Part shown: positions 31,701 to 43,800 of the stretch, piece after piece
How the letters are laid out: every line of letters begins with the position of its first letter
Position numbering within the stretch: the stretch's first letter is position 1
From: Bugula neritina
Taxonomy: Eukaryota; Animalia; Bryozoa
Assembly (NCBI GenBank): GCA_964035545.1
Contig: OZ037772.1
Span: 12,398,818 to 12,462,817, forward strand
Direction of reading: 5' to 3'
DNA: 64,000 nt
Made by a program: the position numbers and the translations under genes
Notes under the pieces: model-generated
Seen by the model: the letters and a program-made list of their open reading frames with translations, nothing else
Told to the model about the DNA's origin: nothing
The model's database searches: none

Positions 31701-34700
31701 TGTAAATTTAGCACAAAATCCCGAAAGAAGACTGGCAGGTAAGGGACTTGAACATTGCCACCCGCAATACTGTCCTAAGAGTGTTGTCTGTTCTGCTAAT
31801 CATAGTTTGAAGTGTTAATTGAAGTCTGAGTTCCACTTGCTATTTTGCACACAGCCTAAGGGAAGGTCTCTCTTGCCTGCCTATCTCTAAACCAGTTGCT
31901 GTTGTGAATTTTTACAATACTTCACAGCTTTGGAGTTGTGTGCTTTTGAAAATAAACTCTATTAGCAAATAACTGGCAATGTTTGTTATTATCTCCTCCT
32001 GACACTCTTGTATTTCCTCCACTATAGCTGCCACTGCTGTTTCACAGTTCTATGTTTTGTCTGTTAGTCACACTTCACCAATATAGTTATCTGCCTCACA
32101 CTTTGAACTCTGCCTGTCACTCACTCGTGTTACGCTAGTTACTCACTCGTGTTACTCACTCTAGTCTCGTATTAGTTGGAGTTTTCTTCTCCCGTAGCAT
32201 TTCTCTCCCTCTTTTAAATTAATATATTCCGTGTATTCCATTTGCTGTTAGCCTTAGAACCTGACCTCTTGTAGATTGAATGCGGGGCGTGCGGACAGCT
32301 CCTCCAGTGATGTGGGTCACACAGCAAAGAATAAGTCTCCCCGCAAGAAACGTCTCGAGTCTGAACAGCCGACCACAGATAAACTCGACCAATCAGATGT
32401 GACGTTAGATGTGAGCACAAGGGATGATGGGACAGAGAGCGAGGAGCTAGTCAAACAGCTACAGACCGTGAGTTCAGTTATTCTCTGTATCGTGTGCCGT
32501 AGCAGTAGCGAGGTGACTTACTGTTACTACTGCCGCACCACATTTCTGCTTGCAGGACTTTGACGACCTACTGTCTAAGTACGCCATGGCGGAGGTGACT
32601 ATTGACCAGCTGAGACTTGGTGCCAAGCTGAACATGTACGCTGACCCGGCCCTCCCCTCCCACGCTGCCGTCGTGCAGCCCAGCACCGCACGCAGTGCCA
32701 ACACTCTGACCCTCCCCCAGAGGGGTCAGGCCTCTCTCAACTCCTCTCTGCAGAGCGCTGTCTTCAATCAGGCGTATCCGGGTCTCTCCCCACGGCAGAC
32801 CGACAGCGGCATCCTCACTGCTGCCTCTCCTAGCAGACCTCTGACTGAGGAGCAGAGAGCTCTAACTGACAACATCTCACATCTACAAGACCAGGTACTG
32901 CTAGTTGAGGGAGACATCATTGTACTTACACACTGTGTATGTATTTTTAGATTATCTTAGAAAGTTATGTCTATGTATCTACACGCTGTATATGTATCTA
33001 CACACTGTCTATGTATCTACACACTGTATATGTATCTACTCTCTATGTATAGTATATGTATCTACACACTGTATATGTATCTACTCTCTATGTATAGTAT
33101 ATGTATCTACACACTGTCTATGTATCTACACACTGTATATGTATCTACACACTGTCTATGTATCTACACACTGTCTATGTATCTACACACTGTCTATGTA
33201 TCTACACACTGTATATGTATCTACACACTGTCTATGTCTATGTATCTACACACTGTATATGTCTATGTATCTACACACTGTATATGTATATACAATGAGC
33301 TCACTACTCCAGGTCGGCTCTTTCGTCGCCGGAATCAGCGGCGAAGGCAGCATTCTCAACCTCAAGCCCGAGATCCACCACCAGCTGTTTGAGGCATTGG
33401 AGCAGAGCCAGGACACACTCCATCATCAGCTGATTGAAGTAAGAACTCATGCTATACATCTGTTACTGTCAGCAGATGACCTTTCTGTTGCTGAACTGAG
33501 CAGTGATGAGTCTAAATATATCCAATAGAATACTATAATCAGTGTAACACGGCTTGTTTGACTGTTGCTATGGTGATTGCTTAATACTGTTGCTATGGTG
33601 ATTGCTTAATACTGTTGCTATGGTGATTGTTTAATACTGTTGCTATGGTGATTGTTTAATACTGTTGCTATGGTGATTGTTTAATACTGTTGCTATGGTG
33701 ATTGTTTAATACTGTTGATATGGTGATTGTTTAATACTGTTGCTATGGTGACAGGAGAAGAGAGCTGACCCGACCTTTGACCTGGAGAACCAGTTGGCCG
33801 GTCAGCTGCACCAGATGCGCATGTCAATGGATGAACACGCTGACAGACTTCCTCCCCTTGAGCAGCCGTCCCGCAGCAACGTTAGTTCCTTCACATCTCT
33901 CTACTTACGTCTCTCTATACATCTATATACTCGCTATACATCTATATACTCTCTGTACATATATATATACTCTCTATACATCTATATACTCTATATACTA
34001 TATACTCTCTATACATCTGTATACTCTCTATACATATGTATACTCTCTATACATATATATACTCTTTATACATCTATATACTCTATACATCTGTATACTC
34101 TCTATACATCTGTATACTCTTTATACATCTTTGTCATGTTGCAGAATAAATACACGTCAGATGACGACACTCTCTCTCAGACGCCCTCTAGTGTGGCTAC
34201 GGGGAATTCTGGGTCTTCCGGCGCTCGTAGATCCAAGAGGTCTCACAGACACAGCAAGAGAGGCAGTAGACAGGTATGACCTGCAATCACCTGCTGACAC
34301 CTTACTGACACTTTACTACTGTGTGCTGACACCTTGCTACTGTATGCATACACCTGTCACTACTGTATGTGGACACTTGCCGACACCTGACTACTATGTG
34401 CAGACACCTGCCGACACCTGTCACTACTGTATGTTGACACTTGCCGACACCTGACTACTGTGTGCAGACACCTGCCGACACCTGTCACTCTGTTATGTAG
34501 GGTACCTCACAAGGGTCAAGACCAACTCCTTCGTATACTGACCGCAGCTCATCTATTGAGGATATGCTGACAGACGATGATGACACAGTGAGGCCCGGGG
34601 CACACCCCCGATCCAAAGATCTTTCTCCGCCCAGCATGAAGCCTCAGTCTAGGGTTCGCTCTTATTTCTTCTTTTGACCAACAGTTCAAAAAGACAGGAA

Positions 34701-37700
34701 ATATTAGCATTGCTCGGTAGAACTAATAGCAAAACTAAAATCTGTATTTTCTTGAGAGATGTGCTTTTCAAAGTTGTCTTTCCCTGACTACTGTCAGTAT
34801 TATACTGTGTTCAGTGCTAGTATAATGCTGTTATTATGCTGTATTGTTGGAATAGTAAACAAAGCAGTAGTTGCTGTATACAGGTTGTTTAGATAACACA
34901 CACCTGCTACTGTTTGTCAACTGGTCAATTGTTGACTAGAAACTGGCGTCATTTATTTGAATCAGCATCACTCAGTTATTCATTGTGAGGGAGTCGCAGG
35001 GGTGGAGTTAACATGAACATAAATTTCAGGGGGAGTTAACAGTTAAAGGGAATTGTTAATAAAAAATGGAGGTTGGATAATGAAAGTCAATTTGATTTAG
35101 TTTGTCTTTTCAGTCCTATTTGATTAGAGGTTTTTTTAATTGAGTAAAGCAACGTATTGCACCCCTCAGCTCAAGGCAGCTATCCACCCCCATCACTACA
35201 CATTGTGTAAGACAGCCAGCCTAGTCCTGTGTATTGTGACTGCAGGTAGCACATGGAGCTGCTAGTAGTAGTTCAGTGGGAGGCAGTGACCACACTCAAG
35301 GAGTGAAATCTCGGACTAGACTACAGGGTAGCTCTGATAGTGGATTCATAGGCTCAGAGGAGGGGAAGAGCCCCAACACACCCTCAGATAGGTAGGCTGA
35401 TACACAGTTCTGAGGTTACAGCATGCAAAGTGTCTTTAATAGTAAAATTCATTCACTGTTTGAGTTATTTAATGAGACTAAAATGCTTACTGAGCATTGC
35501 TAGGCTGTGGTATATATATAGACTAAGCAAGCACTTGTTCAGCCTGCCAACATGTTGACACTCTAATGTTATGCATACAGGCACCTGTCTGGTCTGCCAA
35601 CCATCCAATCACAGGCTGAGAATAGTGGCATTGACTCACCCAGAGCTCTGACACCTGACTTGAGTGAGAGCAGGACAGCAGAGTGGGCTCTTCGACACAA
35701 AGTACCTGTAAGCACCTGTCTAGCCTAACACTTTACATTTGTCTACATTTTATACTCAATAATCCTGTGCTAGAGTGAGTACACAGTGAGAGTGAGTACA
35801 CAGTGTGAGTGAGTACACAGTGTGAGTGAGTACACAGTGTGAGAGTGAGTACACAGTGTGAGTGAGTACATAGTGTGAGTGAGTACACAGTGTGAGTGAG
35901 TACACAGTGTGAGTGAGTACACAGTGTGAGTGAGTACACAGTGTGAGAGTGAGTACACAGTGTGAGTGAGTACTCAGTGTATGTTTATTTGTTACCAGGT
36001 TGAGGTTGAATCGGCACCTGTCCTACCCGAGCCACCAAACGCCAAGAGAGCTCAGTCTAGGAGCAGCAGGAAGTCAGTCAGATCTGAGAGATCCGGCCAA
36101 TCATCACTCAAGAGGTGGTCATGTGACATGATATGATATATTCTAGTGTGATATGTTGTATATAGTCGTATGAGCATAATTAAATAATTCACCCAGGATT
36201 TGTGACTCTTGAAGCATAAAATAGTCACCTAACTACATCAGACTGTTTCTCATTACTTATACATAATAAATTATTTCATAGTTTCTGCAATACTAATATA
36301 AATCAATTTGACACTGTACTAATGTGGTGTACGTAGTATAATGTGTATTTATTCACACTCAATGCATTATATTAATAATATTATATTATGTTATATTATA
36401 TTATATACCATTATATTATGTAATATTATTTTGTATAATATTATATTATGTTGTATTATATTATATAGCATTATATAATGTAATATTATATTGTATAATG
36501 TTATATTATGTGGTATTATATAATATTATGTTATATTATGTCATGTATTATTATATATTATATTATATAACATTATGGTATTATGTTATGTCATGTGACA
36601 CAGCGAGGCTCTAAGGTCCATGAAATCTGAGATAGACAGACTGAGAGACGACTTCAACCTTCACCAGCAGACCCTCCCCTCCGCTGCCCGCACCAACCCT
36701 GTAAACATTCCCCGGCAGACTTTCGGCAGCCCTCTGAAGGGTGAGTACAGCTCTGTTTCCTCCCTCCACACTCTAAAGAGTTTGTCATGCTGTACGACTC
36801 ACTCAATCCTTTCAAATCAGCTGGAGTGTAGATTGTTATTCCCACTGGTCGTTGTGTTGCTAGGTTACCATGTCTTACTTACAGCTACCTATCAACCCCC
36901 TCCCGGATATCCTTCGCATTCTCCTCTCAGAGCTCAGGCTAGCAATAAGACTGACGGTAGAAATTCTGACCTTGACCTCAGTGAAGCAGAAGGCGCAAGG
37001 GGCCTTACACCAGCTTCCCCTACCAGGTACATAAGTTCATAGGTTATGTTTTTTAAGAATTTTAAAATAATTTCAAAAGTTGAGTAATTATAAAATCATG
37101 AAACTAGCTGCGTTTCACAGAGCCTTTATTTCTTTTAATATAAATTTGTGGCTCATGAGCAGGAAATAAGTTAGTTTAGTAAAGTTGTGTAGTGAACTGT
37201 AAGAGTTGTCTCGTCTCTTTCAGAGAGGAATACTATCCGTCTGCAGATGAAGATCCACGGCAACCGATAAACAAACCAGAGACAGCAAAGAGCCAGCAGT
37301 CACCTTCCTCGCAGACGATGTCCCGGCAGCCGTTCTACTCGTACAGAGATCCTCAGCATCCTTCCTCCCGGGCTAGAGAGCCTGAATACCTACCTTCTCA
37401 AACTAAAGAGTCGCAATACTCGCCCTCCCGTCCCAGAGAACATAGAAGGCCACGCAGCGGTAAACCCACACCACGTGTAAGTCTATAAACCCACACCACG
37501 TGTAAGTATAAACCCACACCACGTGTAAGTCTATAAACTCTTGTCTCTTGAAGTTCTGTCAAGAGCAGACAACTTACAAGTAGAGGAGCTGTTGAGTAAT
37601 GTGATGTGAAGGATCTGTTACCATGGTTACGTCATCGTTGCAGGGTGCAGAAGGCAGACCAGCAGACTCTCCTTTACAAGAGTACATCCCTCCTCCTGAA

Positions 37701-39659
37701 ACACGCAGACGGAGTGGCGCCAATTCTCCCGCCTCTTTCTACGAGACCAGAAGTGCTGAGAAGAGGTGAGTCTGTCTCCTTGTTTCCTGTTTCTACCAAC
37801 TCTTGACCTCTTCGGTGGATGTTCATTGTATTCCTCTTTCTCTGCAGCTCATACCCGAAGTTGGAGAGGCCGGTCGCTGAATACAGACATACAGACAGAA
37901 CGTATCCACAGTACAGAGAGCGTCTAGACGAGCCGGACTACCGTCTAACAGGTGCGGAGAGAGTCCCTCACAGAGATGAGGTGCCCATGTCACGCCAGGC
38001 GTACACGGATCCCGAGAGAGAGTACTACCGGCGATATAAGAGTCCCGTCAGGCAGACGCATCGCGATGACCCCCGGTCAAGGTCATTTGGGCAAACTATG
38101 GACGAGTTGAACACAAGAGACCTGCACCAGACCACCGTACCTCTGGACAGCACTGTATATACTCACCACAATGGCACACCCAACATGGCTCCTCCAAACG
38201 CTATGTCAACTCCCTACCATCATACCCCCGGCAGCCAACCACAGGCTTCGAGACACGCTCCTGACCAATCACGGCAGCCGTCACAGCAGACCCATAGTCA
38301 TCCTCCGACATACACACATCAGCCGACATTCCCATCTCATCCTCAAACTGCATCCATGCTTCCTCTTCAGCAGCACCCTGTGACATCACTTCCTCTTCAG
38401 CAGCACCCTGTGACATCACTTCCTCTTCAGCAGCACCCTGTGACATCACTTCCTCTTCAGCAACACCCTGTGACATCACTTCCTCTTCAGCATCACTCTG
38501 TGACATCACTTCCTGTGCACCATCACAATGTGACATCACTTCCTCTCCAGCAAAATATTCCAGTGCAGCAGACGCTGGTTCAAACAGGTGAGACGTCTGT
38601 TAATAATGCTCTTCTTTCTGCAGACGAAGTTTGACAGGGTTGGTCGTTTAATCAAAGTTTATTTAACTGAAATTTTATTTTGAAGTTGAAATTAAAGCAA
38701 TGAACTCAAATAAAAGTCTACTCTTCGCATGATTTGATTGTCTAATGTTATTGAATGTTTGCAGTCCCAGTGGCCTACGAGACATGCCCATCATGTTCCG
38801 GGAAGGGAATATTAGCTACAGCTCACAGCTGTGCTATGTGTGGCAGTCAGTTGAGTTCTACACACTCTCTCACCTCAGCCAATCATGTTGCCAGCCCATC
38901 ACTCGCTGTAGCCAATCAGAATGCTCCTGTAGTCATTCCAATAGCCAATCAGAAGAGTAGTCAGGCATATCTCACTCAGCAGACCACTCAAGGGTACCTT
39001 ACCCAGAGTGTCAATGTGGTTGACTCAGTTGACACTTCTAGCAGGTGAGCTGTCACTTATCACAGAAACATGGCAGTTACTTTCCCTTTCCACTTGTTAT
39101 ATTTTTGTTTTTTGAAATGTGTCCTTTATATTGACTTCATATTTGCACTGCGATTATGAAGGTCACAGCCGGCTGTGATGGCGGCCATGCCGGTGCTAGA
39201 GTCATCTCCTTCTGGTAAAGTCCGGTACTACGTGAAGGAGTATGGAGCTATTCCCTCCGATACGGAACCCAGAAGGTCCAAATCTCAGTCTAGACGCAGA
39301 CGTAGCAAGTCAAGTGATCGATACAGAGATTACTCGGCATCCGTAAGTCTCTCCACTTCCTGTACCTCACTTCCTGTACCTCACTGACTCATTCAAGCTG
39401 CTTACTAAATGGCAGCTGTAGGAGAATTTCTTCTGGGTTACTTTTTTGTTGTACAAAAGTTTCATTTCCTTCTCCTGATGTCAGGAAAATCTGAATCGTG
39501 TTACAGGACAGCGTGGATGACCTTGAGAGTTCACTTAGAGAGGCACGAAGGTCAGCTGAGTCTCTGAAGCGTCTGAGTCGGGGGATGAGAGACAGTCTGC
39601 ACACCGAGCTCCTCCGATCTCTGAACAGGAAGTCCCTGACCTCTAGTTGGAACTTCTAG
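16704..39659 (+). CDS. AKNA: AKNA (centrosomal microtubule-organising protein), ~1,830 aa, ~33 coding exons
   Basis: AKNA domain ELVKQLQT|DFDDLLSKYAMAEVTIDQLRLGAKLNMYADP (32440-32650), FDLENQLAGQLHQM, DSGFIGSE and C-terminal LESSLREARRSAESLKRLSRGMRDSL. Phase-consistent exons: 16704-16886, 17409-17550, 17846-17965, 19287-19340, 20881-20994, 21261-21405, 22338-22451, 22724-22909, 23364-23437, 23601-23772, 23859-23993, 24352-24599, 24818-24910, 25021-25150, 31015-31051, 31158-31261, 32275-32467, 32556-32894, 33313-33438, 33755-33880, 34145-34273, 34501-34653, 35246-35391, 35581-35701, 35999-36114, 36604-36740, 36885-37026, 37224-37476, 37644-37765, 37848-38587, 38765-39044, 39162-39342, 39507-39659. 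Linkage of the N-terminal exons to the AKNA-domain exons rests on phase continuity only. Confidence 0.88.
18385..18497. repeat. 19-bp minisatellite GAGTCAGTAGTGTTAGTGT (~5 copies)
   Basis: Directly visible. Confidence 0.9.
18911..19210. repeat. 32-bp minisatellite with GCTCCGCCC core (~9 copies)
   Basis: Unit AGCTCCGCCCT(T/C)TAATTTAAA(G/T)TTGAGACATT. Confidence 0.93.
22910..23308. repeat. 35-bp minisatellite starting at a splice donor (~11 copies)
   Basis: Unit G(T/G)GAGGATAACTCTCAGTAGTATAGTCACCTCTAA; the first unit begins at the GT at 22910. Confidence 0.95.
27080..27588. repeat. 30-bp AT-rich minisatellite TATATACTACACTATATTATATGTATATAC (~17 copies)
   Basis: Directly visible; explains ORFs 27075, 27233 and 27496. 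Confidence 0.95.
28663..28862. repeat. Imperfect (AGT/AGC/ACT)n trinucleotide microsatellite
   Basis: Directly visible. Confidence 0.9.
29381..29875. repeat. 20-bp minisatellite AGCTACTAACTACCACACAC (~25 copies)
   Basis: Near-perfect array. Confidence 0.97.
31262..31516. repeat. 19-bp minisatellite GTAAGTCTCTACGTCTAGT (~13 copies) starting at a splice donor
   Basis: Each unit starts with GTAAGT; the first unit is the exon donor at 31262. Confidence 0.95.
32965..33292. repeat. ~19-bp minisatellite ATGTATCTACACACTGT(C/A)T
   Basis: Directly visible; explains ORFs 32905, 32967 and 33101. Confidence 0.92.
33561..33754. repeat. 25-bp minisatellite ACTGTTGCTATGGTGATTG(C/T)TTAAT (8 copies) ending at a splice acceptor
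   Basis: The last unit reads GTTGCTATGGTGACAG|exon. Confidence 0.95.
33910..34130. repeat. ~19-bp minisatellite TATACTCTCTATACATCT(A/G)
   Basis: Directly visible. Confidence 0.9.
35772..35980. repeat. 17-bp minisatellite GAGTGAGTACACAGTGT (~12 copies)
   Basis: Directly visible. Confidence 0.93.
38359..38550 (+). repeat. 30-bp coding minisatellite in AKNA (LPLQQHPVTS x~6)
   Basis: Unit CTTCCTCTTCAGCAGCACCCTGTGACATCA, in frame in exon 37848-38587. Confidence 0.95.
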
Positions 39660-40859
39660 CAGAAACTGCTAGAAACTGTTTAGAAACTCAGACTTCATTC
39701 TTTTCCAGCAACTCATGATTCAGTTTTTATCTATAGACTTTACTATCTGTTGAAGTTAATATTTAAGCATGCTATAGTTTAGTTTATCATTCAGAATTGA
39801 AATTGATTTGACGCCAAAGAATGTTGCTGTTTATTTGATCTCCAATTTAATTTGTTCTACGGGGTTTATTTTACTAAGGTGATGGGATTTCATCCCACAT
39901 TATTTTACGTTTTATATTTATATAGATGTGTCTGGAATATATATACTCAGTTTCAGTTTAAAGTTTTATATTTTATCAACTTTTAGTGTGAGTCTCTGCG
40001 TAGCTGAACAGCTGTTGGGTTTAACATTTGCAGTTCAGTTTAGATGTAATCTGATAGCTGATTGGCTAATTCTTCTGACCATACAACCCTTGCCACGTCT
40101 TCCTGTCTGACATAACGTCTGACACAATGTCTGACACCCTGCAACTTTTCTATTCATATTTGGATCTGCGTTTATTTATTGCCATTTTGTCAGCTTTTTA
40201 ATAATTTACTGAATTGTAATATAATAAATTGTTCTTTGATTGTTTTTGTATAATAAATATACTATTTATTTATGAGTCTTGATAATGTATTTTATCTCTC
40301 AATAAAGTGTTTAAGCTATAATATAATATATTATAGTGTGATATAATGTTATACAATATATACTATGATATAATATTATATAACTTAATATAGAGAAGCA
40401 GTGATATGCATATCACTAGCTTCCAATGAATGTCAAAGTCAATCCTTTTAGACACAGTGATAGGCATCTGTAAACGTTAGTAGCTTTTAGAGTCAGGAAT
40501 AAATAAGCAAGGAGGAAAATTGTCTCAGATAATTCAGTCCATAAGTAATAACAATATTGCTCTCAATTCAGTGAAACATGAATAGAAAGGCAGCTGCAAG
40601 ACTCTGTAATTTTCTTGTAAATTCTAAATTTTCTCTCCCAAGTATTTTACACTTTTAGCCTACAATTCAAGATATTATATGTGGTTATTGCACCCTGCAA
40701 TCATAATAATATATCTTATCAACAAGCAAGCTATGTGTATTATATTTTTTCTCATTCATTTTAACAGAGTATGAATGTGTAGACATAATTGCTATCTTAG
40801 CATTGCAGATCCATTTAGTTGGCATCGTTTTGAATTTCTACACTAATAGCTGTCTAAAA

Positions 40860-43800
40860 CCATACAATGTGATATCGATCAACAGTATTTAAGGTTTATC
40901 TCCCCTGGGTGTTTTAATCATTGTTACGAGAAAAACAATACAATAACAAGAAAATAATAAAAGTTTTTAAATTAATTATTCAATCTAAACATAACAACAT
41001 TTATAAGTTAAAAACATTTTACTTTTGTTGATTAGTTAATTTACATATGCTGTATTTTCTTTTTACACCGTTTTCTATACAATTTGTTTTTAACTAGTCT
41101 CGCCGCAATGACCAGGATTGGCAGAGTGTGTTCATAGCGCACGGTTACATTCACACGATTCAACTAGCGAACGTCATTATAGTTGCATAAAAGGTAAATA
41201 TCAGACTAAGTTGCTCAGTCAACTTACTATTGCAGCTGAGGTTATCTAGTAGAATCATACTTAGTGTCGCAAGACGCACCCTCGGCCTACGGTCCGGACA
41301 GTGTGCATCACTGCTGGTACTGTCATAATACAAAAAACAGTAAATTTGTGAACAAATTATGTCTTTCCGATACATTTCATAAAGCATACAACTAAAATGT
41401 CTGTCATGTCATTTACTCGGTCAGGAGTTGTTGATATGTTGGTCGGTATTTTCATATTCCTGGACAACTGAACTTTCAGAAATTAGCTCAAAATACTGCA
41501 CAGAATTCCCCTGTTGCTAATGTCAATCAATCATGTATGAGTCTAAAAGTGGCTCTTGGACACAGATAGCAGATGTGAGTTGCACTTTCCGGCACAACTC
41601 GATTTGATACTATTTCATGAGACTAAGATACAATTTTACCCCCTGTTCATACATTTAATGATGAATAAAGAGGGTTTTATTTCTATTAGATAAACATAAG
41701 CTAATATTTTGCTATAATAATGCTGAAATTTTATTCAAAGTTTGAGATGATGTATTTTGCAATAATGAGGACAGAGTATGTGATAGTTCTTTCTTTCTTA
41801 AATCTGAGGAAATATGATAACTGTGCTTTCGAATATAGGCAGGATTCTTTCCATATTACTTATTTTGTAGTCACTCTAGAAAAGCAGTTAGCAGAAATAT
41901 TAAACGTATGTCTTTAAAAAGAACAGATATAGAAGTTTAATTGCCGTAAATGACTTAGTGCATTTCCAGCTGAGAAAACACAGTTGGGTTGTTCTAATAC
42001 AGTTTACAGATCTAAAAGTAGCCTAACGAAACTGATATTTTCACCGTGGTTGATTCACCAGCTCACTTTTTTATCTTATATATTATTATAATTGTAGATT
42101 TGAAAATTTAGGGTTTATCTCCACATACATTTATTTAAATTTTATTATATTATGACATTTTACAAAATAAACATAATGCACAAAAAAACAAGGTTTGCAG
42201 CATTAATTAGGCTTTAAATGTTTAATTAATGTTTTAAAATGTAAAGGATTCTATAAATACAGCGCTTTTGAAATTTACACACCTGAAATTATATTTTATT
42301 GATATGACTACTCATCTGTGAAAACGCGGGATTATCAGAATGTGTTAATTCAAGCACATGATTTCTGCAGCACAACTCAACTAGTGAACCTGTTGGTAGG
42401 GGTGGACAAAACTCCCCAGTTGATCAGGGAATCGCTCCAGCAAATGAGGTAATTTGGTAGAGTTGTGCTTGTTGCAGGATTGCTCTGTAGGCAGTTTCTG
42501 TGCAGTAGTTTGCAGTTCTCAAGTCTCAGAAACATAACTCTTGACTCGAGAGTAATAAACCGCTGCACTCAGTCATCTTAAACAGGGTGCTGCTTGTAGA
42601 GTTATCCTGCAGCTACGTTTGTGAAATATTGCACATCGTGCAAGCTATGATACATTTGTAGCCCATAGTCTATTAATGCCCATTCCAACCTAAGCAGAGA
42701 ATTCTGCGAAACTATTTAAATAGAATTTTATTTTCCAAAATAATTTTCTTCGGCATCCTGAATTTTTTTCCAAGCTGCAGGCTGCCCCATCCAGTGGTCT
42801 GATTTTTGTGGCTTAAAATTTGCCAAAAATGAGGTGCAGAGTTGTGCCCTCGTGCAGGACAACTCTACAAAACGCTTTAAAATGGTGCAAAAGAGGCACC
42901 TCCTGCCATTGTAGTGCACCAGAATGGACCCGAATGCACAAAAGCAGTAAAATCTTGCATAAAATATGAAAAACCGCATGAGAATTTAAAAAAAGTCGCA
43001 TCAAAATGGCTTTCAGGGCCATCCAGGCTTCAGGATGCAGCCTAAATGCATAGAAATCAGTGGAAGCACCAATAAATTTGCGAAAGCAGCAAAAAAGGAG
43101 ATTCAGTACACCAAATTGAAACTACCTCAGTTGAAAAGCAAAATCGTTTTTTGTAGGGCTGAAAATATTTTCTGGATCAATACTGCTACAGTATGAATGC
43201 AGGTTTCATTTATCTCATTTTATCTGCTTTGTGCAGTGGTGCAGTAGGAGGTATCTTTTTTTGCAATTTCATGAGAATGTTTTTATTTTTTCAGCACGTT
43301 TTGTAGAGTTGTCCTGCACGAGGGCACAACTCTGCACCTTAATTTTGGCAAATTTTAATGCCGAATCGGTCAGTGGCAGGCAGCTTAGAAAAAATTTTAG
43401 GAAGCTGAGAAAAATTATTTTAGAAAAAAAAAATATATTTTTGAATATAATGAAATTTTAGATTGCTAAGCAGAATAACTCGCTTGAGTTGGAAAAAGGC
43501 GGCAATAATCTAAAATATCTCAATTGTCTCATAGCTTGGACAGTGTTGCAGAAATCATCACAAGCACAGCTGCAGGATTGCTCTACAAGCCACACTCCAT
43601 TGAGAGTGACTGAGTGCAGCAGCTTATTATTCTCATGTTAGAATGGTGTTCCCCAACTGTGAGAAATCAAACTACTGCACTCAAACTGCTTATGGAGCAA
43701 TCCTGCAAAAACGCATGCTTTTAGACAGAAACTAACCGGGTCACCTCAGCTGCTGGAGCGAATCCCAGATCAACTGAGGAGTGTTATCCACCCCTTGCAA

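Noticed and set aside
18911-33754. Regular 25-35-bp repeat arrays as CRISPR arrays
   Set aside because: Units are contiguous with no unique spacers, there are no cas genes, and the context is eukaryotic introns.
41225-41260. YCS-UGA-GY as a SelW/SelT-like selenoprotein
   Set aside because: Spacing is CxU rather than CxxU, the downstream sequence is unlike Rdx-family proteins, and the other arm has an in-frame TAA just upstream.
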